Under the pieces are notes generated by a model that saw nothing but the letters and a program-made list of their open reading frames with translations, ran no database searches and was not told the origin of the DNA. A DNA stretch of 64,000 nucleotides. Origin: Pseudomonadota bacterium. Lineage in GTDB: Bacteria > Pseudomonadota > Gammaproteobacteria > GCA-001735895. Location: NCBI GenBank assembly GCA_022563685.1, contig JADFMY010000003.1, positions 4,505 through 68,504 on the forward strand. The letters are read 5' to 3'. Positions 37,261 to 47,341 of this stretch are shown here, in pieces. Position numbers and translations under genes: made by a program. Position 1 is the first letter of the stretch. The number at the start of each line of letters is the position of its first letter.

Positions 37261-39240
37261 ATGGCAGGCGAATTTGGTAATCCGGAAATTGTAGAAGAAT
37301 CGGTTGATATTTTGATGATTGGCGGCGGCATGGCCTGTTGCGGTGCTGCGTTTGAAATCATGCAATGGGCTAAAGATACCGATCTTAAAATTAAGCTGGT
37401 TGATAAGGCGGCGATGGACCGATCTGGTGCCGTAGCACAGGGTTTATCGGCGATTAATACTTACATAGGCCCGGACCAGGATCCAGCGGACTATACTCGC
37501 ATGGTATCCAATGATTTGATGGGCATAACGCGCGATGACCTCGCTTACGACCTCGGTCGGCATGTCGATGAGTCGGTACATCTGTTCGAGGAATGGGGTT
37601 TGCCGATCTGGAAGACCGACGAAAACGGTGAACGCTTCGATGGATCGAAGGGTTTGACACCGCTTAAAGATGGTGGCAAGCCCGTACGTTCGGGCAAGTG
37701 GCAGATTATGATTAACGGCGAATCCTACAAATGGATTGTCGCCGAGGCGGCCAAGAAATCACTCGGCAGCGAAAATATCGAAGAACGAATTTTCATCGTC
37801 AAACTGATCAATGACAAAAACGATCCTGGCCGTATTGCCGGTGCCGCTGGATTTTCTGTACGCGAAAACAAGATCGTAGTGATCACTGCCAAGGTTATAT
37901 TGCTGGCGGCCGGTGGCTGCGTGAATATTTTCCGTCCCCGCTCTATCGGTGAGGGCATGGGTCGTGCCTGGTACCCGGTATGGAATGCCGGTTCGACCTA
38001 CGCGATGGCTGCCGAGGCTGGCGCCGAACTCACCCTGATGGAAAATCGCTTCGTCCCTACCCGCTTTAAAGACGGCTACGGCCCGGTAGGCGCCTGGTTC
38101 CTGTTATTCAAGGCAAAAGCCATCAATTCACTCGGCGAAGATTACATGGTGCGTAATGCAGAGATGCTGAACGACTACCCGCCTTACGGCCAGGCTATTG
38201 TCCCCCCGGCCTGCCTTCGCAACCATCTGATGCTGAAGGAAATGCGCGAAGGCCGCGGTCCTATCTATATGGATACCGTAACCGCGCTGGCAAATTTGCG
38301 TGAAAAGCTAAGCCCGCGTGAAGTCAAGCACCTCGAGGCCGAAGCCTGGGAAGATTTTCTCGATATGTGCATCGGGCAATGTGGAATCTGGGTCGGTGAA
38401 AATATCGAACCCGAAAAACAAATGTCTGAACTAATGCCGACCGAACCCTATCTGCTCGGTTCGCATTCGGGTTGTTGTGGTATCTGGACTTCAGGACCAA
38501 CCGACCTCGGTGCGCCAACCGAAGAAACCATGGAAGGCGTACCCGATCATCTACCGTCGGGCTGGAACTGGGGCTACCGGGGGATGACAACCATAAACGG
38601 ACTGTTTACCGCAGGAGACGGCGTTGGCGCGTCCGGACACAAGTTTTCGTCGGGCTCGCATGCGGAGGGTCGTATCGCCGCCAAGTCAATGGTTAAATAC
38701 TGCCTGGATCACGACTATACGCCTGAACTGGACACTCCGGTGGACGACATTGTAGCCTCGATTTATCAGCCGGTAAAAACCTACCTCGAGTTTAAGGATT
38801 ACTCTACCGCAATCGATGTTAATCCAAACTATATTACACCTAAGATGCTGCAGTTCAGACTGCAAAAACTCATGGATGAATATGTCGCGGGAATCTCTAC
38901 TTACTACACGACCAACGCAGAAATGCTCAGGATAGCTGGTGAAAAAATGAACATGCTCAAAGAAGACGCGCTAAAGATGCGCGCAAAGGATTTGCACGAG
39001 TTGCTTCGCGCCTGGGAAAACCACCATCGCATACTGACCGCCGAAGCACATATCAAACATATCGAGTTTCGTCAAGAGTCACGTTACCCTGGTTTTTATT
39101 ATCGCTCAGACAAGAATTTCATCGATGAAGAGAACTGGCATTGTTTTGTCAATTCGATTTACGACAAGGAAACCGGTGAGTGGACCTGTTTCAAGCGTGC
39201 ACACAAAGACCTGGTCGACAAGTCTGTATTGTTCAAATAA
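37261..39240 (+). CDS. aprA: Adenylylsulfate reductase alpha subunit
   Basis: GGGMACCG, RSGAVAQGLSAINTY, WQIMINGESYK, EAWEDFLDM, SGHKFSSGS, ESRYPG. Confidence 0.97.
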   Translation: MAGEFGNPEIVEESVDILMIGGGMACCGAAFEIMQWAKDTDLKIKLVDKAAMDRSGAVAQGLSAINTYIGPDQDPADYTRMVSNDLMGITRDDLAYDLGRHVDESVHLFEEWGLPIWKTDENGERFDGSKGLTPLKDGGKPVRSGKWQIMINGESYKWIVAEAAKKSLGSENIEERIFIVKLINDKNDPGRIAGAAGFSVRENKIVVITAKVILLAAGGCVNIFRPRSIGEGMGRAWYPVWNAGSTYAMAAEAGAELTLMENRFVPTRFKDGYGPVGAWFLLFKAKAINSLGEDYMVRNAEMLNDYPPYGQAIVPPACLRNHLMLKEMREGRGPIYMDTVTALANLREKLSPREVKHLEAEAWEDFLDMCIGQCGIWVGENIEPEKQMSELMPTEPYLLGSHSGCCGIWTSGPTDLGAPTEETMEGVPDHLPSGWNWGYRGMTTINGLFTAGDGVGASGHKFSSGSHAEGRIAAKSMVKYCLDHDYTPELDTPVDDIVASIYQPVKTYLEFKDYSTAIDVNPNYITPKMLQFRLQKLMDEYVAGISTYYTTNAEMLRIAGEKMNMLKEDALKMRAKDLHELLRAWENHHRILTAEAHIKHIEFRQESRYPGFYYRSDKNFIDEENWHCFVNSIYDKETGEWTCFKRAHKDLVDKSVLFK

Positions 39241-39262
39241 GACCCGGGCGCAATATTGATAG

Positions 39263-39297
39263 AAGGGTCCGGGCGACTCGTTTGCCCGGCCTTTTGT
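39263..39297 (+). terminator. Probable intrinsic terminator after aprA
   Basis: GC-rich stem CCGGGCGA...TTGCCCGG followed by CCTTTTGT. Confidence 0.55.
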
Positions 39298-39317
39298 TGA
39301 AAAAGCATTAGATATCA

Positions 39318-40232
39318 ATGAGTGACGAGAAATTCGAGTTACCTTTTAATAGCCCGGTCTCACCGCTACGGCTGGAGGCCGGGGACAAACTACAATTTCG
39401 CTGCCATCGTGGGGTTTCCTGCTGGAACGAATGCTGCTCGCACGCGGATGTAACACTCGCTCCCTACGATATCATCCGCCTCAAACAAGCCATCGGATTA
39501 TCCACCCGTGATTTCCTGAAAAAACACACGGTACCGTTCGAACTCGACGCTTCGGGTATGCCAGGCATTAAACTACGTACCGAAAATTCGGGCGCCTGCC
39601 TGTTCATGACCGATGATGGCTGTTCGGTTTACGAAAACCGCCCGACTGCCTGCCGTTATTACCCTTCCGGCCTGCTATCAATGCGTACCATTGGAAAAAA
39701 CACCGATGAACGCCATTTTCTGTTAATCAGGGAAGACCATTGTAAAGGGCATCTCGAAGATCAAGTGCAAACAGTACAGGCGTTTCGAGAGGATCAGGGA
39801 GTCGTTGAATACGACGACTATAATCGCGAATGGTATGTGATTCTCCTGAAAAAACGCTCCTCGGGTCCGGCCATCGGCAAACCCTCAAATTTGTCATTGC
39901 AGTTATTTTTTATGGCGAGCTACGATATGGACCGCTTCCGCCGTTTTGTCACCAGTGACAGTTTCAGGAAAACCTACGAATTGAGCGATGAATTTTATGA
40001 AACTGTCGAAACCGACGATGTCGCATTGATGCAGTTTGGCTTTAAATTAATGCGTCAGGTTCTATACGGTGAAATCGAAATTCCAGAAGTCGAAGGCGCC
40101 TGGCAAAAACGCGCCGAAGAGCGCAAGGAAATACTGAAAATGCGCCGCGAGATAGAGGCCATTGAACACGAAAAAAGTCGTGAAGCAGAAATTAGTGCGG
40201 CACTGGGCGGAGACCCGGATGAACCAACCTGA
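39318..40232 (+). CDS. YkgJ family cysteine-cluster (CxxCxxCC-type) protein
   Basis: FRCHRGVSCWNECC, CLF....CSVYENRPTACRYYP, EDHCKGH. Confidence 0.85.
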   Translation: MSDEKFELPFNSPVSPLRLEAGDKLQFRCHRGVSCWNECCSHADVTLAPYDIIRLKQAIGLSTRDFLKKHTVPFELDASGMPGIKLRTENSGACLFMTDDGCSVYENRPTACRYYPSGLLSMRTIGKNTDERHFLLIREDHCKGHLEDQVQTVQAFREDQGVVEYDDYNREWYVILLKKRSSGPAIGKPSNLSLQLFFMASYDMDRFRRFVTSDSFRKTYELSDEFYETVETDDVALMQFGFKLMRQVLYGEIEIPEVEGAWQKRAEERKEILKMRREIEAIEHEKSREAEISAALGGDPDEPT

Positions 40233-40258
40233 TATCGCCGACAGGGAGAACTGGACTA

Positions 40259-41050
40259 TTACTGGTAGGTAAACATCAAATTGGCCAATAGCGCCGGATC
40301 CAGGCTTCCAGCCCGACGAACCACATACTGATTGGCACCCTGTTTTCGCGCCACGAGTTCCAGCGCATTCCTGATTCTGGGTTCGAGTCCAGATTTGGTA
40401 CGGATGGTAATATCGAGTGTATATTTTCCATCGGCTTGCAAAGAAGCTTTTCCTGCCATATCCAATACGGCGTCCTTATCGTCGATGACAAATTCATACC
40501 TTCCCCCGGCTTTGCCAACCGATACCTCGTAATCGCCCAGATTGATATCTTCACCCGCCAGCCCCGCATCTTTCCACACCAGGGTTCCGTTCAGATCGGC
40601 CAGTTTATCCTGAACTATCAATACGCTGTCGAGGTTAAGCTGCAGCCTGCCGGCCGGTTGCATTAATACCCCCGGCATCCTGGTCAGGTCCTGTAGAGGG
40701 TATTCAATCTTGACTTGAGTCAGCTCTGTGCTGCCGGCAAGTGGTTCGTGCCTGACCTGTAGCGAACCATAAGGATTCAAAACCTGGTAACACACCCCCA
40801 GGGTAAGTAAACAGGAAAGATCGGCTTCGTATTCCAGGTCTCGTAACAAAAACTGATTTATTTCGATGCCGCCAATACGCCCGGATATCAGGCTACCCTG
40901 TGGCTGGAATATTCTGATATTGTCAGGCATTCTGACGACGCCGAGCAAATGGGCCAGGGGCATATTGATCAATAGCGCCGCCAACAGGACGAGCACGAAA
41001 AATAGCGCCGGTTTCCATAGCTTTCTCATGCGCTTAGGTTCCTGTGACAA
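40259..41050 (-). CDS. gspN: Type II secretion protein N
   Basis: N-terminal TM helix with ..NMP, beta-rich periplasmic body, last gene of the gsp run. Confidence 0.75.
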   Translation of the reverse strand: MSQEPKRMRKLWKPALFFVLVLLAALLINMPLAHLLGVVRMPDNIRIFQPQGSLISGRIGGIEINQFLLRDLEYEADLSCLLTLGVCYQVLNPYGSLQVRHEPLAGSTELTQVKIEYPLQDLTRMPGVLMQPAGRLQLNLDSVLIVQDKLADLNGTLVWKDAGLAGEDINLGDYEVSVGKAGGRYEFVIDDKDAVLDMAGKASLQADGKYTLDITIRTKSGLEPRIRNALELVARKQGANQYVVRRAGSLDPALLANLMFTYQ

Positions 41051-41510
41051 GTACCAGGCTGCAATCGACTTCAGCCGGATTAGTGGCGACGCTGATCCTG
41101 AGATCCTTAACCGTGAGTCCTTTGTCGTTCACCCTGGCGATGAATTCGATTAAGCGGTTAAAACTAATCGCCGAATAGCGAATCCGTATTTCATCGTTGC
41201 TGATAGGGGTTATTTGCGCCAGATAGGGTTTTAACTCCAGTTCCCGTACTTCACTATCTATCAAATTAGCCAGCGAACCACTAAAAACAGGTTTTGCCGC
41301 CGATAGTCTCTTGGCAGGTAATTGACTAACGACGCTTTCCATCCAGCTGAGGTCGGCTCTACCCTGTTCCAGATCATTCTGCAAAGTTGACAACCGTTGC
41401 GTGTAAGGCTCCACCAATAATGCATGCACGGCTACGCCGAGCAAGGCAATCAGCGCAAACCCGAATACCATTTTCTCTCGCGCACTGTAACTGGAAAGTC
41501 GCTCCATCAT
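41034..41510 (-). CDS. gspM: Type II secretion protein M
   Basis: LS.REK + TM + coiled coil (L.WM) + ferredoxin-like domain; synteny. Confidence 0.85.
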   Translation of the reverse strand: MMERLSSYSAREKMVFGFALIALLGVAVHALLVEPYTQRLSTLQNDLEQGRADLSWMESVVSQLPAKRLSAAKPVFSGSLANLIDSEVRELELKPYLAQITPISNDEIRIRYSAISFNRLIEFIARVNDKGLTVKDLRISVATNPAEVDCSLVLVTGT

Positions 41511-42709
41511 ACTGATTTCCCCGTTAGTACAAACCGGCCTGAGGTAGCCTCCGGTTTGATATCCAGATTTTCCAGCTCCACTGCCTGCCCCGCAGTTTCT
41601 ATAGCCTGATATAACGCTTCTATTTCACTCAACCGGCCAGTCTTGACATCGATACTCAAACGATCTTTTTGATAGCCGATTTTATTGACTGCAATAGTGG
41701 GGTATTCGACCTTTGCCTGGGTGAATGCACTCAGTAGCCCTAGAAAATCGATATCCTGCCGGCTCGATTGATTTTGCCTTAATACCGTAATCAGCACCTT
41801 TTTCAGGTTCGCTGACGCGTTTACATTGGAAGGCAGATAGCGCTTGATCAACTCGTACTGAGTCGCCTTGATGCGCGCCAGCTCGGTTTCCATTTCATGC
41901 AGCGCCAGAGCCTTATTGTAGCCTGCCACCACGAGCATAAGAGCCAGCAGTGCGATGATCCAGCGCCAGATTTTGAAGAGCCCGAGCCAGACCGATGAAA
42001 CCTGAAACCGGCGTTGTTGTAAATCGATCGATACCGCTCTATCGATCTTCAACTGATTTAAATCCAGCACCCTGTGTTCCGACGGATACCTGGTAACCTG
42101 TACATTTTCGTACCGATCCCTGTTTCGCAGGTAATAAACAATACGCCTGATTTCCTGCTCTTGTGTAATCTGGTTCAACATTGATTCGAGCATCTCCACA
42201 CGGCATTTGAGTCCCTTATAATCGCCATATCGAATGATGAGACCATCGTGGCTCTCGATCACGCTCACTTCACCCGCCTGACCCGACCAGGGGCATAGAA
42301 ACAGCTCCGGTACGATTCTGGAAAGGCTTAAGCCGTGGGTTTTCTGTAATTCCAGAGCGCGTTCCATAATGGTTGCTTCGACCACTGCAACAGCGACCGG
42401 ATTGCTGGACTGATCGCCAAGCGCGACGTGCTGTCGCTCAACATCCTGGGCTAACTGATCTTCAATTTGATACTCGATAGACGAGAGCACCTGGCGTGAA
42501 GCCTTGGCTGGAATCTCGAACTGAGTTAAATACACGCATTGCTGGGGAATAATAAATACCACCGAACCCTGATTCTGGCTCAGGGCGCCCAACTCCTGTG
42601 CAGAACCAACACGCCAGCTGGCTGTTTTATCGCTAGCCTGAGCACCCTCGATAATCCAGCTAAAGTGATCTAGCGAGGCGTCGTGAAAGCGAACCAGTAG
42701 GGTCGGCAT
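41507..42709 (-). CDS. gspL: Type II secretion protein L
   Basis: Actin-like cytoplasmic domain (YQIEDQLAQDVE..H), DLQQ..F, single TM; synteny. Confidence 0.88.
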   Translation of the reverse strand: MPTLLVRFHDASLDHFSWIIEGAQASDKTASWRVGSAQELGALSQNQGSVVFIIPQQCVYLTQFEIPAKASRQVLSSIEYQIEDQLAQDVERQHVALGDQSSNPVAVAVVEATIMERALELQKTHGLSLSRIVPELFLCPWSGQAGEVSVIESHDGLIIRYGDYKGLKCRVEMLESMLNQITQEQEIRRIVYYLRNRDRYENVQVTRYPSEHRVLDLNQLKIDRAVSIDLQQRRFQVSSVWLGLFKIWRWIIALLALMLVVAGYNKALALHEMETELARIKATQYELIKRYLPSNVNASANLKKVLITVLRQNQSSRQDIDFLGLLSAFTQAKVEYPTIAVNKIGYQKDRLSIDVKTGRLSEIEALYQAIETAGQAVELENLDIKPEATSGRFVLTGKSV

Positions 42710-43599
42710 CAGCTTTGCCCCAGCGTTCGACTGAGAATCACCGTTTTGCCTGCGGAATCACGGTGTATCAAGGTATTGAAAAGAAGCGACTGATCCCCCA
42801 AGGTTACCTGACCATGGGCTGAAAAATAATCGGTACTGACCGACAACCCTGCCTCTTCCAGCGGTATCTGCAGCCGCTCGGTCATTTGTTGCAGGTCGGA
42901 AAATTCTTCTTCTTCCCTTGCCTCGATAAAAGCATCGGCATCGAGATTATCACCCAGTGATAGAAATATGGTTTCGGACATCGTATTCACATTCATACTG
43001 GTCGCGCCGGGCAGGACTGTAATATGGGGTTTCAGCAGTTGATAGATTTCCGGCGTCACATTTTTCACCAGCAATAGCTCACTAATATCGACCATTTCTC
43101 GATTTGCCACCCGATAGGTTTGGTAATTTTCCTCCGCACCATCGGGATACCGCACTTCAAAATCTTCATCCAGCCAGTCTAACAGAGCCGGCACAAAGGT
43201 AGTATCGACATTAAGATTATTGCATAAACGATTGAATCTGTTTAAAGATTCTTCCGAACCCAGTAAATTATTGAGATTAAATTTACCCTGTTCATCTTCC
43301 AGATAGCCGGATAAAAACCCACCCTCGATCGGTAGCCCGGGTATTCCTGTCGCCCAGTCTTCACCCAGATGATCGATACTGGACTCCTTACGATCTTTCG
43401 CCAGGAATAATCGCGCCCAGTCTTCGAGGCCCAGCGCGTAGAGCCGCGCTTTATCCATGAGCTGAATTCGTGATGTTTTCCGGATCGAAAAAGCTTCCTG
43501 GTGAGTGATCGAAACGATGATCGCACTGGCAACTAATACCACCAGTATTGCCGATAGCAAGGCTATACCCGACTGTCCTGTCGATTTATAGCACGCCAT
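42709..43599 (-). CDS. gspK: Minor pseudopilin GspK
   Basis: QSGIALLSAI, DHLGEDWA, DEQGKFNLNNL, DWLD.D, NVNT; exact start uncertain. Confidence 0.9.
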   Translation of the reverse strand: MACYKSTGQSGIALLSAILVVLVASAIIVSITHQEAFSIRKTSRIQLMDKARLYALGLEDWARLFLAKDRKESSIDHLGEDWATGIPGLPIEGGFLSGYLEDEQGKFNLNNLLGSEESLNRFNRLCNNLNVDTTFVPALLDWLDEDFEVRYPDGAEENYQTYRVANREMVDISELLLVKNVTPEIYQLLKPHITVLPGATSMNVNTMSETIFLSLGDNLDADAFIEAREEEEFSDLQQMTERLQIPLEEAGLSVSTDYFSAHGQVTLGDQSLLFNTLIHRDSAGKTVILSRTLGQS

Positions 43600-44188
43600 C
43601 GGGAAACTCCAGAATGCGCCTGATTTCACCGAAATCATCCAGATTGAGTATCATTATCAGCGCAATGGGTTCGCCCAGACCCCGTGTTACTTCATCCGGC
43701 CAAGTGCTAATTGGCCGTTCCTCTGCATCGATAAACTGAATTTCGAACGACTCGACAGCGGATAATATCACCGTGCTCAAAGGTTCTTCGCCTATACCCT
43801 GATCCAGCGAGCGCCAATGCCGCCTGAGCAGTTTCTTACCGACCAGTTGATACTGGACGCGTTGTAACTCACTGCGTTTATGTTGTAGTAAGTTACCCCA
43901 TCCACTGCGGGTGAAACTGATGCTATTGTCGGCCAGCACAACCTGGTTTTCAGTATCGCCATACTGGTTACGGATTTTGCGCGGCGACACCTGCATCCAG
44001 TCCCGGTTAAAATAGGTCAGCGCAAATTGCAGTTCTGACAGGCGACGACCGGCTTCGCTCACCTGGTTGCCAATTTTTACCGTCTGGTTCAGACTGCTAT
44101 AGGCGATACCGGCCATCACCGCGAAAATTGCAACCGCTACGAGCATTTCAAGCAGCGTGAAACCCTGATTACGATAGTGACGCATCAT
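43586..44188 (-). CDS. gspJ: Minor pseudopilin GspJ
   Basis: QGFTLLEMLVA, FTRSGW.N, RSELQRVQY. Confidence 0.92.
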   Translation of the reverse strand: MMRHYRNQGFTLLEMLVAVAIFAVMAGIAYSSLNQTVKIGNQVSEAGRRLSELQFALTYFNRDWMQVSPRKIRNQYGDTENQVVLADNSISFTRSGWGNLLQHKRSELQRVQYQLVGKKLLRRHWRSLDQGIGEEPLSTVILSAVESFEIQFIDAEERPISTWPDEVTRGLGEPIALIMILNLDDFGEIRRILEFPDGVL

Positions 44189-44556
44189 AACTTTGCGATA
44201 AACCCCGTCTCGCTTGCCGATATTTCATCACTATCCCCGAGGTATACGTCTACATCGATGCGGCGCATTAGAGGTTCATCAGTTTTACTGATTTTCATTT
44301 TCCATCGCCACTGCACGCCCGCCATATCGACCACGCCACTTTTATTCGACACGTTCGACCAGGTTTTTTTCGCGCGATAAAGCGCCAGCCGATTTTGCGC
44401 CACCCAGCTTGCGATCGTCTTTTCTTTTAAATGGCTGGAGCGCAGGGCTGAGTTTGCACCGCTTTCAATAACGGCGCCCATGGTGATCGCGATGAATATT
44501 AGTGCGAACATCACTTCTAACAGGGTAAACCCCTTAGGAAGATTTCGGTCCATCAT
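44185..44556 (-). CDS. gspI: Minor pseudopilin GspI
   Basis: GFTLLEVM.AL, L.EKT.ASWVA.N. Confidence 0.9.
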   Translation of the reverse strand: MMDRNLPKGFTLLEVMFALIFIAITMGAVIESGANSALRSSHLKEKTIASWVAQNRLALYRAKKTWSNVSNKSGVVDMAGVQWRWKMKISKTDEPLMRRIDVDVYLGDSDEISASETGFIAKL

Positions 44557-45116
44557 CAGGATTGGGGTACGGGCCCAGTCATTAATATATTACCGAGTAA
44601 ATCACCCTGGATAGTGATGCTCGCCCTGGCATCACTATCGTCGATACGCCATTCGAATGCTGACATTTCACCGCTCGAGAGGATTAATATATGCGGAGTC
44701 AAGTCGGCCTGATCAACCGCCTTGACGACATAATTTTCGACTATTAGATTTGAATTCTGGGATTCACTCAGTTTTACTTTTCGAAAAAACGACTGGTCCG
44801 CTATCACCCAGTCTTCGCCATCGTATTCGAGCACCTTAAAACCCTGGTGATGCAGGGAAATCGCGTAATTCCGGTTTTCAAATATGGCTTCCTGGTAAAG
44901 CAGGCGAATTAATTTACTGAGGTCTTTTCCGAGTACCTTGAGGTTATTTGAGTCGCTGCCCAGGTTGGTCGAAAGCAGAACAGCGCTGACGGTTATGCTT
45001 ACAATGATGACGACGACGAGTATTTCAAATAGCGTAAATCCGCGTGCGCCAGAGCTCTTACTGGGTCTACGAATCAAGATTCCAGTTACCGATATCGGCA
45101 GCTTTGTCGGAACCAC
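44556..45116 (-). CDS. gspH: Minor pseudopilin GspH
   Basis: RGFTLFEILVV prepilin motif, PHILILSSGE; true start may be downstream. Confidence 0.85.
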   Translation of the reverse strand: MVPTKLPISVTGILIRRPSKSSGARGFTLFEILVVVIIVSITVSAVLLSTNLGSDSNNLKVLGKDLSKLIRLLYQEAIFENRNYAISLHHQGFKVLEYDGEDWVIADQSFFRKVKLSESQNSNLIVENYVVKAVDQADLTPHILILSSGEMSAFEWRIDDSDARASITIQGDLLGNILMTGPVPQS

Positions 45117-45498
45117 CTACCGTCGCGTCAGAACCCAGCGAATACACGTCATACTCACCGTTCACTCCGGGGTACTGGTATAGATACTCATTGCCCCAGG
45201 GGTCCTTGTTCAGCTTCCTGATATAACCACCCTTGCGCCAGTGCTTTAAATCACCAGAGGGCTTATTAACCAGAGAATCCAGGCCCTGTTCGGTGCTCGG
45301 GTAAACGAAGTTATCGAGCTTGTAAAGCTCAAGCGAAGATTCGAGTACGCGAATATCGCTTTTGGCCTTGCTGATGCGTGCATCGTCAACCCGACCGGTT
45401 ACCTTGGGTGCGATATAGGCTGCCAGGATCGCGATAATGGTCAGGACGACAATGATTTCAATTAGGGTAAATCCTTTTTGTGGTATGTGTAGTTTCAT
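45067..45498 (-). CDS. gspG: Major pseudopilin GspG
   Basis: KGFTLIEIIVV, YKLDN..YPSTEQGL, DPWGNEY.Y..PG, DIGNW. Confidence 0.96.
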   Translation of the reverse strand: MKLHIPQKGFTLIEIIVVLTIIAILAAYIAPKVTGRVDDARISKAKSDIRVLESSLELYKLDNFVYPSTEQGLDSLVNKPSGDLKHWRKGGYIRKLNKDPWGNEYLYQYPGVNGEYDVYSLGSDATVGGSDKAADIGNWNLDS

Positions 45499-45551
45499 AA
45501 ATTTCTAAGCGTCCCTATGCGGGAACAACTCCAACGCCGTTGATGTTGAAT

Positions 45552-46142
45552 TTATATCTTGTCTTTATAGAGTATTGTATAAACTCGCTCACCGAGTGCA
45601 ATCGATAATGCCAGCAACGCACCGTAAAGATGGGCATCGATCACCACCAATGTGCCGATAAATTTGCTACTAGTCACATTAAAACCGCCGACCTGCTCCA
45701 ATACAATTTTAGTGCTTATAGCTATTCCAAGTAACACTGCAATCAATTTGTCTCGTTGATACAGGTCGATCGCGGCGAGCATAAATATTCCATACAAAAC
45801 ACCTGAATAGCCAGCATACCACTGTAGTTCGGGACTGAGCAGGGTAAATAAAATGGAAATACCCAATACCAGTAGAAAATGATAAATAATCCAGCGCCTG
45901 ATCGACCAGCCCGGTGAAGTAATCCCCATGCACAGTAACAGACCTAAAGCATTGAGCAGCAGGTGTGGCGTGTTGACGTGAACCCAGTGCGCCGAGAAGA
46001 TCCGCCAGTACTCACCCTGCGATACCCAGTCTTGCTGATAGCGCAGGGTCTGAAAATCAGCCAGTTGCAGCAATCCCATTACCATCAGCACGACCGCGAT
46101 AAATATCCACCCCGGGCCTGTCTTATTACTGGAGCAAATCAT
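45552..46142 (-). CDS. Rhombosortase (GlyGly-CTERM-processing rhomboid protease)
   Basis: GEYWRIFSAHWVH, HLLLN, catalytic GYSG, IDAHLYG; about 200 aa, embedded in the gsp operon. Confidence 0.85.
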   Translation of the reverse strand: MICSSNKTGPGWIFIAVVLMVMGLLQLADFQTLRYQQDWVSQGEYWRIFSAHWVHVNTPHLLLNALGLLLCMGITSPGWSIRRWIIYHFLLVLGISILFTLLSPELQWYAGYSGVLYGIFMLAAIDLYQRDKLIAVLLGIAISTKIVLEQVGGFNVTSSKFIGTLVVIDAHLYGALLALSIALGERVYTILYKDKI

Positions 46143-47337
46143 TCATGTCAAAAATAGGCAAAAGAATGGCGAGTACAATGAGCATGACGACTCCACCCAT
46201 GACCAGTATCATAGCGGGTTCAAACAGGCCTACAAATAGCGCTGTGACGCCGGCAATTTCGCTTTCCTCGGCTTTGGCAGAGCGTTCCAGCATATCACCC
46301 AGCTTTCCACTCGATTCGCCATTTTCGATCAATTGCAGCACCAACGGACTGAAATAGCCCGATTGATCGAGTGCAGCTGAAATATGTTCCCCTTCCCTGA
46401 CCCGGTCGGTGGCCTTAACCACCGCGTTTTTTATCGGCTGGCTCAGTATCACTTCGGTCGATATACGCATCGAGTCTACCGCCGTGACGCCGCTGGATAC
46501 CAGAATACTCATGGTCCGTGTAAAACGTGCGGTATTGGTTAATCGCACCAGATACCTGACCAACGGAAGCCTCAATAGTACCCGGTCGCGTAAAAGACTG
46601 AACCAGCCAAGCTTCAATAGCCGCTGGTAGAGCACAATCAGCGCAATGATTCCAGCCAGCATATGCAAGCCGTATGCCTTGATAAAATCCGATAAGGCGA
46701 TCATCCACTGGGTCAGCACGGGTAATTCCTGGTCAAAACCTTCAAACACCTGGACTATTTGAGGGACTACGAAGGTGAGCAACCCTGCGACCAGGAAGAG
46801 TGCGACAACACTGAGAAGAATCGGGTAAATCAGTGCAAGACTGGTTTTCCGCTGTAAGTCCTGGCGCGCTTCCAGGTAGTCGGCCAGTCTTTCCATCACC
46901 AGATCGAGCAATCCCGATTGCTCACCTGCATGTACCGACGCGCAATACATTTTATCGAAGATGCGCGGGTATTCTTTTAAGGCTTCGGATAAGGGATAGC
47001 CTTCCAGGACTTTGGCTCTTACCGCGAGCAATATTTTTTTCGCCTGGTTTTTCTGAGTCTGGCGCGACACCGCGTGATAGGCCGATTCCACCGGCTGCCC
47101 GGCACCGATCAGGGTGGCAATTTGACGGGTAATCAAGGCTACCGTGGCAACATTGATTCTGTCTCGCCGGGACTTTATCTGGCCGTTGAGAACACCGGTC
47201 GACACTTCATCGATCTGCAATGGCATCAGGCTCATTCCGCGTAATTGCTGCCTGGCCTGTTTCGCGGTATCAGCCTCGATTAAACCTTTCTTATTGTTGC
47301 CGTCGGCGTCGATGGCCTGGTATTCGAATGCACCCAT
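46126..47337 (-). CDS. gspF: Type II secretion inner-membrane protein F
   Basis: MGAFEYQA, TRQ.ATL, AGEQSG.L, YP, ARF.RT, GE.SGKL, EP.MIL.MG. Confidence 0.95.
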   Translation of the reverse strand: MGAFEYQAIDADGNNKKGLIEADTAKQARQQLRGMSLMPLQIDEVSTGVLNGQIKSRRDRINVATVALITRQIATLIGAGQPVESAYHAVSRQTQKNQAKKILLAVRAKVLEGYPLSEALKEYPRIFDKMYCASVHAGEQSGLLDLVMERLADYLEARQDLQRKTSLALIYPILLSVVALFLVAGLLTFVVPQIVQVFEGFDQELPVLTQWMIALSDFIKAYGLHMLAGIIALIVLYQRLLKLGWFSLLRDRVLLRLPLVRYLVRLTNTARFTRTMSILVSSGVTAVDSMRISTEVILSQPIKNAVVKATDRVREGEHISAALDQSGYFSPLVLQLIENGESSGKLGDMLERSAKAEESEIAGVTALFVGLFEPAMILVMGGVVMLIVLAILLPIFDMNDLLQ

Positions 47338-47341
47338 AGCG

